A stretch of DNA of 64,000 bases from Chloroflexota bacterium (GTDB taxonomy: Bacteria; Chloroflexota; Dehalococcoidia; JACVQG01; JAHKAY01). A model generated the notes under the pieces. That model saw only the letters and a list, made by a program, of their open reading frames with translations, did no database searches and was not told where the DNA came from. Made by a program: the position numbers and the translations under genes. The DNA lies in NCBI GenBank assembly GCA_018825785.1, contig JAHKAY010000007.1, positions 35,033 to 99,032 of the forward strand, read 5' to 3'. This document shows, piece by piece, positions 27,700 to 37,620 of this stretch. Numbering within the stretch: the stretch's first letter is position 1; each line of letters opens with the position of its first letter.

Positions 27700-29678
27700 G
27701 CGGCCTCCTTGGCAGATGGTGCCAGGAACTCCGACAGGTGGGCAAACTCTTGCGGAGCAAGCTGCAGGAGCCTCACGACCCCCTCACCCAGCCCCGCCCC
27801 CTGGAGGAGCCTGTTGGCAGTCTCTACCCGGCACTGGGCCCAGCGGAGGGTCCGCTGGTAGGGGCAGTCGGCATCAGCACAGCCAATCAGCGTTATCCGT
27901 TCCGCCCCCAACTCTGCCGCCTGAAGGAGGTGCCTAACATCAATCTTTCCCAGGCAGGGCACAGGTACCATGCCGGAGGTATCAGCGCCCTGGAGGAAGA
28001 CGGTGTCATAGCTGCAAAAGAAGACCGTTTCTTTTCTTCCCCCCTTCATGGCTGCCCGGACCCTCCGGGGGATGTCCTCCACCCCTGGCATGCGGAAGGC
28101 GATGGCCCCGGCAGGGCACTCACTGACACAGATACCGCAGGCCTGGCACTGGTCCACCCGTATATCCACCTTGCCTGCTGCCCGGACCACGGGGACCCCG
28201 TAGGGGCAGACCCGCACGCAGGTGAGGCAGGCGACGCACTTCTCCTCCCGGAGCTCGGCACCATTGCCGCAGTTCAAACAGCGGCGGCCCTCCCGGGCCC
28301 CAACCTGAGGGCTATAGCCCAGGTCCACCAGCTCAAAGGAGGTTATCCTCCGCCCCCCTTCTGAGAGGGGCAAGGGGTGTCTTTCTACCCTCTCTATGTC
28401 TTCCACCACCTCCGGGGCCAGAGCGCCCAGGGCTGAAGGCTCCTGGAAGGTGAATTTATCCCCGCGGAGGTAGGCATCCACGGCCAGGGCAGCCCGGCGG
28501 CCGTGGGCCATGGCCCGCACAGCCGAGCCGGGCCCCAGCACGGTCTCGCCGCAGGCAAAGACACCCTCCCTGCCGGTGGCCATGGTCTGGGGGTCAAAGA
28601 CGAGCTGCCCTCTATCGTTCAGAGGGATGCCCAGCTTGGGCAGCATACCGATATCTGGGGCCTGGCCGATGGCCAGGATGATGATGTCCCCCTCCATCAG
28701 GGTGCAGCGGTCTTCGTAGAAGGAAGGGTTGAACCTCCCATGCTCATCAAAGACCGCCTTCACGGCCATGCAGTTTATCACTGCCACCTTGCCGTTGCGG
28801 CGGATAATCTCCTTGGGACCCCAAGAGCAATTGATTTCGATGCCCTCCTCCTGGGCCTCGGCTATCTCCCAGGGAGAGGCGGGCATCTCATGCGCAGCTT
28901 CCAGGCAGACCATGATGACGGTCTTGGCCCCTGCCCGCAGGGCGCTGCGGGCGGCATCCACGGCCACATTCCCCCCCCCGATGACAATGACCTTTTTCCC
29001 GGGGGGCAGGCGGTGGCCCTCAAGGTTTACGGCTCTGAGGAAGGGCAGAGCCAAGAGCACCCCTTCCCCCTCCTCCCCCGGGATGCGCAGCTTGCGGCTC
29101 AGGGGAAGGCCCAGGCTGAGGACGACGGCCCGGAAGCCCTGGTGCTTCAACTGCTCCAGTGTAATATCCCGGCCCAGGGCCTTGTCGGTCTGGATATCCA
29201 CCCCCAGGGCCCGGATGGCCTCTATATCTCTCTTCACCAGCTCCCGTGGCAGGCGGTAGAGTGGGACGAAGTAGGCCATCGCTCCCCCTGGCATGGCCTC
29301 CCGCTCAAAGATGGTGACGGGGTAGCCCATGCGGGCCAGGTCATGGCCGGCAGTGAGGCCCGCCGGGCCCGCGCCAATGACCGCGACCTTCTCCGGGTGA
29401 GAGGGGGTGGGGGCGGGGACTGCCCCCGGCCTGCCCTGCTCCATAGCCACCCTCTTGAGGGCCCGGATAGACAGGGGCTGGTCCGCCTGCCCCCGGCGGC
29501 ACTTCTCCTCGCAGGGGTGGGCGCAGATGGTAGCGCAGACAAAGGGCAGGGGATTGGTCTCCAGGACTATCTCCGCCGCCCGGTCGAAGTCCCCGGTGGC
29601 AACAGCTGCCAGGTAACCTCGAGCGTCCTGGTGGACGGGACAGGCATTCTGGCAGGGGGGCTGGACCATCGGCCTCAT
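27696..29678 (-). CDS. Multidomain oxidoreductase: GltD/NfnB-like NAD(P)H-binding FAD protein + 2x[4Fe-4S] ferredoxin + MvhD-like C-terminal domain
   Basis: ATG at 29678 overlaps the MBL gene stop (ATGA). N-terminal CQNACPVHQDARGYL...CATICAHPCEEKC (GltD N-terminal Fe-S), VAVIGAGPAGLTAGHDLARMG and VIVIGGGNVAVDAARSA (two Rossmann folds), then CVACLTCVRVCPYG and CQACGICVSECP, and a C-terminal FFCSYDT...ITLIGCADADCPYQ MvhD-like domain. The track ORF has a spurious 107-codon 5' extension. Confidence 0.7.
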   Translation of the reverse strand: MRPMVQPPCQNACPVHQDARGYLAAVATGDFDRAAEIVLETNPLPFVCATICAHPCEEKCRRGQADQPLSIRALKRVAMEQGRPGAVPAPTPSHPEKVAVIGAGPAGLTAGHDLARMGYPVTIFEREAMPGGAMAYFVPLYRLPRELVKRDIEAIRALGVDIQTDKALGRDITLEQLKHQGFRAVVLSLGLPLSRKLRIPGEEGEGVLLALPFLRAVNLEGHRLPPGKKVIVIGGGNVAVDAARSALRAGAKTVIMVCLEAAHEMPASPWEIAEAQEEGIEINCSWGPKEIIRRNGKVAVINCMAVKAVFDEHGRFNPSFYEDRCTLMEGDIIILAIGQAPDIGMLPKLGIPLNDRGQLVFDPQTMATGREGVFACGETVLGPGSAVRAMAHGRRAALAVDAYLRGDKFTFQEPSALGALAPEVVEDIERVERHPLPLSEGGRRITSFELVDLGYSPQVGAREGRRCLNCGNGAELREEKCVACLTCVRVCPYGVPVVRAAGKVDIRVDQCQACGICVSECPAGAIAFRMPGVEDIPRRVRAAMKGGRKETVFFCSYDTVFLQGADTSGMVPVPCLGKIDVRHLLQAAELGAERITLIGCADADCPYQRTLRWAQCRVETANRLLQGAGLGEGVVRLLQLAPQEFAHLSEFLAPSAKEAA

Positions 29679-30322
29679 CAGAGGGCCGGCTCCAGGACAA
29701 CAATCTCCTGGGCCGGGGGGAGCTGGTCTGCCTTGAGCTCTACCTCGCTCCCATTCACCTGCCGCACCCGAGGCTTGCCCTGAAGGAAAGGCTCTACCCC
29801 GGCAATGGACCAGCCGAGCCTGGGCGTCTTGTAGTGCATGGGGATGACCACCCCTGGGCCTAGCTGGTCCACCACCCCGCTGGCCCCTTTGGCATCCATG
29901 GTATAGAAACCCCCCACCGGGATAAAGAGGACGTCCACTTTTCCTATCTGTTTGGCCTCGGCATCGGTGAGGGGGCGGCCCAGGTCCCCCAGGTGGCACA
30001 CCCGCAACTCGTCCAGGGTGAAGCAGAAGACGGTATTTTCCCCCCGCTCCCGCCCCCCTTTCTCGTCGTGGTGGGTGGGGAGGCCCATGAACTCAATGCC
30101 TTTGGCCTCTTTCGTGCCCGGCCCCTTCACTGCCTCCGCCCCGGCCACTGCTTTGGCGTTGTTGTGGTCAAGGTGGTCGTGGGTAATGATGACCACATCG
30201 GCCGATTCCTTTATTGGGCCGTAGAAGAGTCCCCCCATAGCGCCATAGGGGTCGGTGATGACCCTGGGGCCCTTCTCCGAGGTAATAAGAAAGCAGGCAT
30301 GTCCCAGCCACTTGACCTTCAA
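29678..30322 (-). CDS. MBL-fold metallo-hydrolase
   Basis: MKVKWLGHACFLI...VIITHDHLDHNNA (HxHxDH). Confidence 0.75.
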   Translation of the reverse strand: MKVKWLGHACFLITSEKGPRVITDPYGAMGGLFYGPIKESADVVIITHDHLDHNNAKAVAGAEAVKGPGTKEAKGIEFMGLPTHHDEKGGRERGENTVFCFTLDELRVCHLGDLGRPLTDAEAKQIGKVDVLFIPVGGFYTMDAKGASGVVDQLGPGVVIPMHYKTPRLGWSIAGVEPFLQGKPRVRQVNGSEVELKADQLPPAQEIVVLEPAL

Positions 30323-30396
30323 ACCTTTTCTCCTTTCTTTTCCAGCTACGGGGCCATGGCGTTCAACCTGGGGGCATCCACCTCAGGCCCTGGGGC

Positions 30397-30639
30397 TCAT
30401 GGGTAGACCTGGTGGCCCCGGTCGTCCAGGAGGATGATAGCATTCTGGGTACAGCCCTTGGCGGCCCGCAGCAGGGTGTGGTCATCGGCGTTGAGGGGGT
30501 CCATCACCACGGCCCTGCCCTCCTTATCCAGTTCAAAGACCTCGGGGACCACCCCGATGCAGTTGGCGAGCCCGGTACACCGCTCCCGCAGGACGATAAT
30601 CTTCATTCTGCTATTGTATTCCCGGCTCCCGGCCCACAC
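30397..30639 (-). CDS. Small single-cluster ferredoxin
   Basis: 80 aa. MKIIVLRERCTGLANCIGVVPEVFELDKEGRAVV...GCTQNAI is the ferredoxin (Fer4_13/15-type) pattern. Confidence 0.6.
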   Translation of the reverse strand: MWAGSREYNSRMKIIVLRERCTGLANCIGVVPEVFELDKEGRAVVMDPLNADDHTLLRAAKGCTQNAIILLDDRGHQVYP

Positions 30640-30785
30640 AATTCCCCCTGGTGGAGAATATCATCTGGCTCCTTATGCGGCGTCCTGGATACCACAAAGT
30701 CAAGGGTTAGCTGCTTTCATGTCTTTGCGCTCTCCCTGGGCAGGGCGGTGATGGCACCGCCCGGCGGCCCCCGCCTTGAGAAGCC

Positions 30786-31175
30786 CTATCGCTTCGTGAG
30801 GGGGCGACCTTTTGCGTCTTTCAAGCTATTGGTGGCAATCAGAATAAGGTCAATCAACCACCAGACCCAGCCGGCAATACCGAGGGTTACCACAGCGATG
30901 AAAAGCTTCAGAATGCCAAGCCCCACATAGCCCAGATAGAATCGGTCAACAGCGATGTACCCCAAGAAGATGGAAAGCAGCAGGGCCGTTAGCCAGTCCT
31001 TCTCTCCAGCTGCCGGCCCAAGGCGCGTGCCACACTTAACGCAGACTTCGGCCTTCAGGTCGGTTTCGGCCCCGCAGTTCTGGCAGAATCTGTCTCCCCT
31101 TGGGGGCCTGACACCGCAGGCAACACAGAGTTCCGCCTGTACGGGTATCTCTTTTCCGCAGTTTCGACAGTACAT
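30786..31175 (-). CDS. Zinc-ribbon + TM2-domain membrane protein
   Basis: MYCRNCGKEIP...CVACG...CQNCGA...CVKCG (two zinc ribbons), then the TM2 motif GYIAVDRFYLGYVGLGILKL. Confidence 0.7.
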   Translation of the reverse strand: MYCRNCGKEIPVQAELCVACGVRPPRGDRFCQNCGAETDLKAEVCVKCGTRLGPAAGEKDWLTALLLSIFLGYIAVDRFYLGYVGLGILKLFIAVVTLGIAGWVWWLIDLILIATNSLKDAKGRPLTKR

Positions 31176-31184
31176 ATCTCCTCC

Positions 31185-32693
31185 TTAGCCTGCTTGCCCT
31201 CCGCTGATGCCCAGGGCCAAGTTTACCACGGTGCGTACACCCACACCAGTGCCCCCCTTTACCTGGTAGCCCCGGTCCCTCTCCGCCCTTGAGGGGCCAG
31301 CGATGTCCAGGTGGACCCAGGGGGTCTCCCCGGCGAACTCCTGGAGGAAGAGGGCGGCGGTGATGGCCCCACCCCAGCGGCCCCCGGTGTTCTTGATATC
31401 GGCCACGTCGCTCTTGTTCTGCTCTTTGTATTCCTCATCGATGGGCATGGGCCAGTGGCGTTCCCCCGCCTCCTTCCCAGCCTTGACTACCTTGTCCAGC
31501 AGCTCCTGGTTGTTGGAGAAGGCCCCGGAATAGAAGTCCCCCAGGGCCACATGGCAGGAGCCGGTGAGGGTGGCCAGGTCCACCAGCGGCTTCAGGCCCA
31601 GCTTATTGGCATAGGCCAGGGCGTCGGCCAGGATGAGCCGGCCCTCGGCGTCGGTGGAGATGACCTCAACGGTCTTCTGGCCAAAGATGCGGATGATGTC
31701 CCCCGGCTTCATGGCGGAACCGCTGGGGAGGTTTTCGGTGGCGGGGATGAGGGCGGTGACATTGATGGGGGGCTTGAGCTGGGCGATAGCCCCCATGGCG
31801 GCGATGACCGCCGCCCCCCCGGCCATGTCGCCCTTCATCTCCGCCATCCCCTCCGAGGGCTTGATGGAGATGCCCCCGGAGTCAAAGGTAATCGCCTTAC
31901 CCACCAGGCCCAGGGCTGGTTCTGACGGGGGACCCCCTTTGTATTCCAGGATGATGAGCTTGGGGGGCTGGCTGGACCCCTGGGCCACCCCCAGGATGCC
32001 CCCCATGCCCAGGGCCTCCATCTCTGCCCTCTCCAGCACCCGGAAGCCGAGGCCCCGGGCCTCGGCCACCTTCCTGGCGGCCTCGGCCATGGCGGAGGGG
32101 GTGAGGAAATTGGCGGGCTGATTGACCATGTCCCGGGCCTGATTGGTGGCCTCGGCCAGAATCCGCCCAGTCCGCACCCCTTCTTCCAGTTGGGGGAGCC
32201 TCTTTTCATCCCTCTCCACCAGGAGGAGCTCCTTCATCTCCCTGCCCTCAGGCTTTGTCTGGTGCTGGGTGAAGGTGTAAAGGCCCAAGATGGCCCCTTC
32301 GGCCACAGCCTGGGCGGCCTGGCGGGGCTCCATGCCTCCTATTCCAGCCCCAAAGGTGATGGTGGCCGCCCTCGCCACCCCGGTCCTTCTCAATGCCCGG
32401 AGGCCCTCGGCCACGCAGCCCCTGGCCCGGTCCAGGTTGAAAGCCTCTTTCTTGCCCAACCCCACCACCGCTACCCTTTTGGGGGGGATTTTGCCCAGGG
32501 TATGGATGAGGGTTACCTCGCCCAGCTTGCCCTTGACCTCCCCTTCCTGGATGAGCTGGGTGATGGCACCGCCCAGGGCTTGGTCCACCGACCCTGTGGC
32601 CCCGGAGGGCTTATCCACCCCCTCAAACAGGTTCACCAGGACGGCGTCCACAGCCACCTGGGTGATATCGCCGGAGACCACCTTGATTTCCAT
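31185..32693 (-). CDS. pepA: Leucyl aminopeptidase (M17 family)
   Basis: NTDAEGRL signature (STDAEGRLILADALAYA); GKAITFDSGGISIKP. Confidence 0.9.
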   Translation of the reverse strand: MEIKVVSGDITQVAVDAVLVNLFEGVDKPSGATGSVDQALGGAITQLIQEGEVKGKLGEVTLIHTLGKIPPKRVAVVGLGKKEAFNLDRARGCVAEGLRALRRTGVARAATITFGAGIGGMEPRQAAQAVAEGAILGLYTFTQHQTKPEGREMKELLLVERDEKRLPQLEEGVRTGRILAEATNQARDMVNQPANFLTPSAMAEAARKVAEARGLGFRVLERAEMEALGMGGILGVAQGSSQPPKLIILEYKGGPPSEPALGLVGKAITFDSGGISIKPSEGMAEMKGDMAGGAAVIAAMGAIAQLKPPINVTALIPATENLPSGSAMKPGDIIRIFGQKTVEVISTDAEGRLILADALAYANKLGLKPLVDLATLTGSCHVALGDFYSGAFSNNQELLDKVVKAGKEAGERHWPMPIDEEYKEQNKSDVADIKNTGGRWGGAITAALFLQEFAGETPWVHLDIAGPSRAERDRGYQVKGGTGVGVRTVVNLALGISGGQAG

Positions 32694-32696
32694 GTT

Positions 32697-34580
32697 TCAC
32701 TTCCCTTCCATCAGGGGGACTACCCAGTCAACCCCCAGTTCTTCCAGCTTGGCCCGAGAGGGGCGACCTTCCGGCCAGCCCATCATCCGGTAGTAGGTCT
32801 CTTTGGCCTCTGAAAAGGCCTTTCCCTCTATGCCCATCCCCTTGAGGGGGCCGGAGGGGTGGGGGGTGAGAAAGCGACGGGGCAGGACATCATCGGCCGG
32901 GGAGAAGCCCTCCCGCCGGTTGAAGGCCTGGGCCATGTTCAGGGCCCTCTCCCCCACCTTCATCAGTTCCCACACCGAGGTGTTCCAGCCGGTAACGGCC
33001 CGGACCAGCTCGGCCACTCTCTCAAGCCCCACAAGGCCGTAGACGATGACAAAATAGCAGGTGACGGCGCAGTTCAGAAAATGCACCCAGAAAGTGTAGT
33101 AGATAAGGAGGCGGACCTTGGCCGGGGAGAGGTCGGTGAGGGGGAGGGGCTCCAGGATGCCCAGGGCCTTCATGTCCTCAAGGTAAGGGCTCTTGCCCGT
33201 GAAGTTGGAGTCGTGCATGTTGTGGCAGTGGTCCGCCCCGGTGGGCGACATTATGTAGCCCAGGCCCATCCCCTGCTTGTAGCGGGGCTCATGCATGGGG
33301 ACCTCCTGCCCCTTGATGTGGAGGGCCAGCTCCTGGGCGGGGGGGGCGAGCTTCTTGGCGGCCCGGGCTACCCCTTCGGCCAGGATATCCCCCAGGCCCT
33401 GACGGAGGGCAATCCTCTCCACCATCTCCAGCATGGCCCGGCTGTTGCCGAAGCGGAGCTCCAGGCCCCCGGTGTCACGGGAAGTGAGCAGGCCCCGCTC
33501 AAAGCACTCCATGGCAAAGGCGATGGTGGCGCCAGTGGAGATGCTGTCCAGTCCATAGCCGTTGGCCAGCTCACCCCCCTTGGCGATGGCCTTCAGGTCA
33601 TCAACCCCGCAGTTGGAGCCCAGGGCGGCGATGGTCTCGTATTCCGGCCCACCATAGCGGGGGTCAACCTGATAGGGCTCCTCCACCTTGACCTCCCGCT
33701 TGCACTGGACGGGGCAGGCATAGCAGCTCCTCCTGTTCCCTGTCTGGATGGTGTCCCTCATGGCCTCCCCGCTAATCCTCCCCGCCCCCTCAAAAGAGCC
33801 GGCCTGGAAGTTGCGGGTGGGCAGGCCCCCCCGGCGGCTGAGGCCCCTCACGGAAGAGGCCGTGCCCAGGTCCCTTATGTCCTGGTTGTTCACCGGGGCG
33901 TTGTCCCTCACCCAGCGGGCGATGCCGGCCACCCCCTGGGGGTCGGCCAGGGCCAGCTTCTGGTGCCCCCGGACGGCAATGGCCTTGAGGTTCTTGGAGC
34001 CCATCACCGCCCCCATCCCGGTCCGCCCCGCTGCGGCATCCAGGTCGTTGATGATACAGGCAAAGCGCACGAGGTTCTCACCGGCGGGTCCTATCTGGAC
34101 TACCTTAACACCCCCATCCCCCAGCTCCCCACGGATGGCCTCCTGGCATTCCAGGGTCTTCAGCCCCCAGAGGTGACGGGCGTCCTTTATCTGGGCCTGG
34201 CCCTCCTGGACAAGGATATAAACGGGCTTCTCTGCCCTCCCCTCCACGATGATGGCGTCAAAGCCGGCGAACTTCAGCTCTGCCCCCCAGTAGCCCCCCG
34301 CCTCAGCCTCCCCGAAGGCCCCGGTGAGGGGTGACTTACCCCCCACGCTGTGGCGGCCGGAGCCCCCCACGGGCGCGCCCGTCAGGGGCCCGGCGGCGAA
34401 GATGAGCCTGTTCCGGGGGCCCAAGGCGTCCACCCGGGGGGGCAGGTCCCTGAGGAGATAGTAGCCAACAAAGCCTTCCCCGCCGAAATACTGGCGGTAG
34501 AAGTTGTCGGAAGGCTCCTCGATGGCTATCCTTCCCGAGGAGAGGTCAACCCGCAGGACTCTGCCGATATATCCTGGCAC
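32697..34580 (-). CDS. aor: Aldehyde:ferredoxin oxidoreductase (tungsten-containing AOR family)
   Basis: 627 aa. MPGYIGRVLRVDLSSGRIAIEEP...YFGGEGFVGYYL is the AOR N-terminal domain. Full-length colinearity with AOR family proteins. Confidence 0.85.
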   Translation of the reverse strand: MPGYIGRVLRVDLSSGRIAIEEPSDNFYRQYFGGEGFVGYYLLRDLPPRVDALGPRNRLIFAAGPLTGAPVGGSGRHSVGGKSPLTGAFGEAEAGGYWGAELKFAGFDAIIVEGRAEKPVYILVQEGQAQIKDARHLWGLKTLECQEAIRGELGDGGVKVVQIGPAGENLVRFACIINDLDAAAGRTGMGAVMGSKNLKAIAVRGHQKLALADPQGVAGIARWVRDNAPVNNQDIRDLGTASSVRGLSRRGGLPTRNFQAGSFEGAGRISGEAMRDTIQTGNRRSCYACPVQCKREVKVEEPYQVDPRYGGPEYETIAALGSNCGVDDLKAIAKGGELANGYGLDSISTGATIAFAMECFERGLLTSRDTGGLELRFGNSRAMLEMVERIALRQGLGDILAEGVARAAKKLAPPAQELALHIKGQEVPMHEPRYKQGMGLGYIMSPTGADHCHNMHDSNFTGKSPYLEDMKALGILEPLPLTDLSPAKVRLLIYYTFWVHFLNCAVTCYFVIVYGLVGLERVAELVRAVTGWNTSVWELMKVGERALNMAQAFNRREGFSPADDVLPRRFLTPHPSGPLKGMGIEGKAFSEAKETYYRMMGWPEGRPSRAKLEELGVDWVVPLMEGK

Positions 34581-34584
34581 GGTA

Positions 34585-35160
34585 CTAACGGGTGGCCTCT
34601 CGGACTATCTTCTCCAGCACCGGGGAGACATCCCGGGAGGTGTCCACGACAAAATGGCGGCGGGCTATCTTTTCCCTCGTTTCCTTCATCCTCTGATAGA
34701 CCTGCCAGTCGGCATCGGAGGGGGTCTGGTCAGCGGCCTTTCGGGCTTCCAGGCGGGCCTGGACCAGGGTGGGTGGGGCCTCCACCCAGACCAGGATGAG
34801 CCGGGCCCCCCGCCTCTCCGCAATATGGTAGAGGTATTCCCTGTTCCTCTCGGAAGTATTGGTGGCATCCAGGATAACCGGGATGTTCTTGCCCAGGAGC
34901 TCATCTATCAGGCGGTGGATGAGGCTGAAGAGATAAGAGCTCTCCTCGGCCGAGTAGGTAGGCCGGGGCAAGAGCGTTTTCCTCAGGGCATCGCTCTCCA
35001 CCACCACGGCGGGGAGACGCCGATATAGCTGGTGACAGAGATGGCTCTTACCGGTGCCGGGCAGGCCGGAGAGGACGATGAAGGGCGGTTCCACCACAGG
35101 CTCAGGGAGGGGTCCCAGGCTTGCCCGGAGCCGCCCCAGGTCCTGGGCGAGGTTGTCCAT
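34585..35160 (-). CDS. P-loop kinase / AAA_33-family ATPase
   Basis: IVLSGLPGTGKSHLCHQLYRRL Walker A; 191 aa. Confidence 0.55.
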   Translation of the reverse strand: MDNLAQDLGRLRASLGPLPEPVVEPPFIVLSGLPGTGKSHLCHQLYRRLPAVVVESDALRKTLLPRPTYSAEESSYLFSLIHRLIDELLGKNIPVILDATNTSERNREYLYHIAERRGARLILVWVEAPPTLVQARLEARKAADQTPSDADWQVYQRMKETREKIARRHFVVDTSRDVSPVLEKIVREATR

Positions 35161-35209
35161 CGTTGAATATTCTAGAGGGGGGAGAGGGTTTTATCAAGCC
35201 AGCCCGCCT

Positions 35210-35839
35210 TCAGGAGCTTCGGTCAAAGAGAAGGCGGTTGAGAAAGAGGGACTTCCGGGAGGAGGCCACCTTGAGGTCAGCCCTCAGCCCGGCGGTGAGG
35301 CGGCGGAGGATGATGGCCAGGAATACCCCCAGAAGGGCCAGGGTTATGCTCAGGGGCTGGCGGGAAATATAGCTGGCCAGGGGGAGGGTGGCGAAGGCAA
35401 CCGCCATGCCCAGGGGCAGGCTCCGGCTGTTGGAGCCCTCCCAGAGGCGGACCAGGAGCGCCAGGCCCAGGGGTATCAGGGCGAAACGGAAGGCCGATGG
35501 GGCCAGGGTGAGGGCCATGGTGATGCCGGTGCTGTTGCCCCTGCCCCCGGTGCTGAGGAAGGGGAGAGGCCACATCTGGCCCAGGACCACCATCAGCCCC
35601 GCCAGCGCTACCCCCCCAGGCCCCAGGCCCAGGGCCCTCCCCACCAGCACGGGAATGGCCCCCTTGGCCAGGTCGCCCAAAACAGCCAGCAAGGCGGTCC
35701 ATCTCGCCCTCCCCCAGAGGGCAATATGCAGGTCGGGCTCCTGCCTCAGGTCCACTCCCCTAAGCCTCCCCAGCAAATAGACCTGGGGCAGGGAGCCCAG
35801 CAGGTAGGAGCATACGGCCAGGAGGATGACGGAGAGCAC
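35210..35839 (-). CDS. plsY: Glycerol-3-phosphate acyltransferase PlsY
   Basis: MLSVILLAVCSYLLGSLPQVYLLGRL...; 209-aa polytopic membrane protein. Confidence 0.8.
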   Translation of the reverse strand: MLSVILLAVCSYLLGSLPQVYLLGRLRGVDLRQEPDLHIALWGRARWTALLAVLGDLAKGAIPVLVGRALGLGPGGVALAGLMVVLGQMWPLPFLSTGGRGNSTGITMALTLAPSAFRFALIPLGLALLVRLWEGSNSRSLPLGMAVAFATLPLASYISRQPLSITLALLGVFLAIILRRLTAGLRADLKVASSRKSLFLNRLLFDRSS

Positions 35840-36700
35840 CTAGTCTTCTGCGTAGTAGGCCAGGCCCACCACGCCCGGCCCGGTGTGGACACCCATCACC
35901 GAGGTGAACTGGGTAAGATACAGCTCCTGGGGCTGGAACTCCCGGATGATTTCTTCCCGCAGGGCGAGGGCCTCCCCCAGGGCGTTGGCGTGGAAGACGG
36001 ACGCATGTAGCGGCCTCTTTCCCCCTGCCCTCTTCCGCATAATCTGCACGAGGCGGGAAAGGGCCTTCTTTCTGGTGTGGACCCTCTCCAGAAGCCCCAC
36101 CTCCCCTGCGGAGAGGGTGAGGATGGGCTTTATCTGGAGGAGGGAGGTGACCCAGGCGGCCGCTTTGGGCACCCTCCCCCCCCTGGCCAGGTAGTGGAGG
36201 GTATCCAGCACCGCCACCAGCTCCACCCGGGGCATAATCCGTGTGGCCGTGTCCATCACCTCCTGAAGTTCCTTCCCTGCCCTGGCCGCCCGGGCCGCCG
36301 CCAGGACCACAAAGCCCTGGGCCATGGCCGCCGTGCCCGAGTCCAGGACCCGGATGGCAGTGCGGGGGAGCACCTCCCTGGCCAGCTCCGCCGCCGCACG
36401 GGCTGAGTCAAACATCCCGGACAATCTGGCCGAGACACTTATGCATAGGATGCTCCGGGTCTTCTCCCCCACCCTGCGGAAGACCTCCAGGTAGTCCCCC
36501 GGGGAGGCTGGGGAGGTGGTGGGCAACTTCTTGGCCTCCTTCAGCAGACGGTAGAACTCCTCAGGGGTCAGGTCCAGTCCGTCCCTGTAGACCCTGCCCT
36601 CGTAGACCAGGTTTACCGGCACCACTTCAATGCCATACCTTCCCACCTCCTCCTGGGGAAGGCAAGAGGTGCTGTCAGTGACTATGGCTACTGATGGCAT
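35840..36700 (-). CDS. DegV-family fatty-acid-binding protein
   Basis: VAIVTDSTSCLPQEEVGRYGIEVVPVNLVYEG matches the DegV N-terminus. Confidence 0.85.
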   Translation of the reverse strand: MPSVAIVTDSTSCLPQEEVGRYGIEVVPVNLVYEGRVYRDGLDLTPEEFYRLLKEAKKLPTTSPASPGDYLEVFRRVGEKTRSILCISVSARLSGMFDSARAAAELAREVLPRTAIRVLDSGTAAMAQGFVVLAAARAARAGKELQEVMDTATRIMPRVELVAVLDTLHYLARGGRVPKAAAWVTSLLQIKPILTLSAGEVGLLERVHTRKKALSRLVQIMRKRAGGKRPLHASVFHANALGEALALREEIIREFQPQELYLTQFTSVMGVHTGPGVVGLAYYAED

Positions 36701-37613
36701 TCGCCTGCTCAGGGGCTTTACCTTCGCCGTGGCCTATACTGCGTTCCAGGAGGGCCGGGCTCAGCAGCAGGCCCAGGGCCAGAAGGGCAAGGAGGATGAA
36801 GCCGATATAGCCCACCAGCCCCTGGACGCTCAGGGCCACCAGGATAAGGATGAGGAGCTCGGGGGTGAGGAGGGCTCCCGTCTTGAAGAGCCTCTGGCGG
36901 AGGCGGATGAAGGTGGCTGCCGCTACCGCCAGGGTGAGGAAGCTGAGGGCAATCCAGGCGTCGGCGTCATGGCCCTGGCGCACAAACTCCGCCCACCTGC
37001 CCTGAAACCGAAGGGCCAGGACCCAGCCCAGGATAACGGGGAAGGGCAAAAGCACCATGGAGCCGTAGAGCCAGTCCCGCTTCACCGCCTGGACCGCAAC
37101 GGTGGAGAGGAGCCACCAGGCCAGGGGGATATAGGCCAGGATTACCACCTGGGCCCAGAGGGGCAGGGAGAGGAGAAACAGTCCCACCCCCAGGACCAGC
37201 AGGAGAAGATATCCCAGCCAGGGGAAGAGCCATGCCGGTTTGCCATGTCTCCACCCGTAGAAGGCCATGCCCAGGATGGCAACAAAGAAGAGCATCAGCC
37301 AGCCCAGATTCCGCCACAGGTGCAGGGCAAAGAAGAGGGCAAAGACACTGTGAGGCAGGGCGGCCAGGAAGGCCCAGCGCCAGCTCCCCTGGCTGTAGGC
37401 CTCGTAGAACTGCTTCGCCAGGAGCTGGGGAGGCCCCATGGCGGAGAAGGCTAGCCTTGCCGCCTCTTCGGGCGTCGCCCCTTCCTGACATAGCTCCTGG
37501 GCCCTGTCCTCCAGGTGGGTGGTAAGTTCCCTGACTATCTCCCTTTCGCTGGAGGGTTCCACGCGGAGCCTGGCGGCCAGGTTTCTCAGATAGAGCTTGA
37601 GCTCTGCCGACAT
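36675..37613 (-). CDS. HAAS-domain (DUF1700-like) membrane protein partnered with PadR regulator
   Basis: N-terminal LKLYLRNLAARLRV...REIVRELTTHLED then multiple TM helices. Directly downstream of the PadR gene. Confidence 0.6.
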   Translation of the reverse strand: MSAELKLYLRNLAARLRVEPSSEREIVRELTTHLEDRAQELCQEGATPEEAARLAFSAMGPPQLLAKQFYEAYSQGSWRWAFLAALPHSVFALFFALHLWRNLGWLMLFFVAILGMAFYGWRHGKPAWLFPWLGYLLLLVLGVGLFLLSLPLWAQVVILAYIPLAWWLLSTVAVQAVKRDWLYGSMVLLPFPVILGWVLALRFQGRWAEFVRQGHDADAWIALSFLTLAVAAATFIRLRQRLFKTGALLTPELLILILVALSVQGLVGYIGFILLALLALGLLLSPALLERSIGHGEGKAPEQANAISSHSH

Positions 37614-37620
37614 CTCTTGT

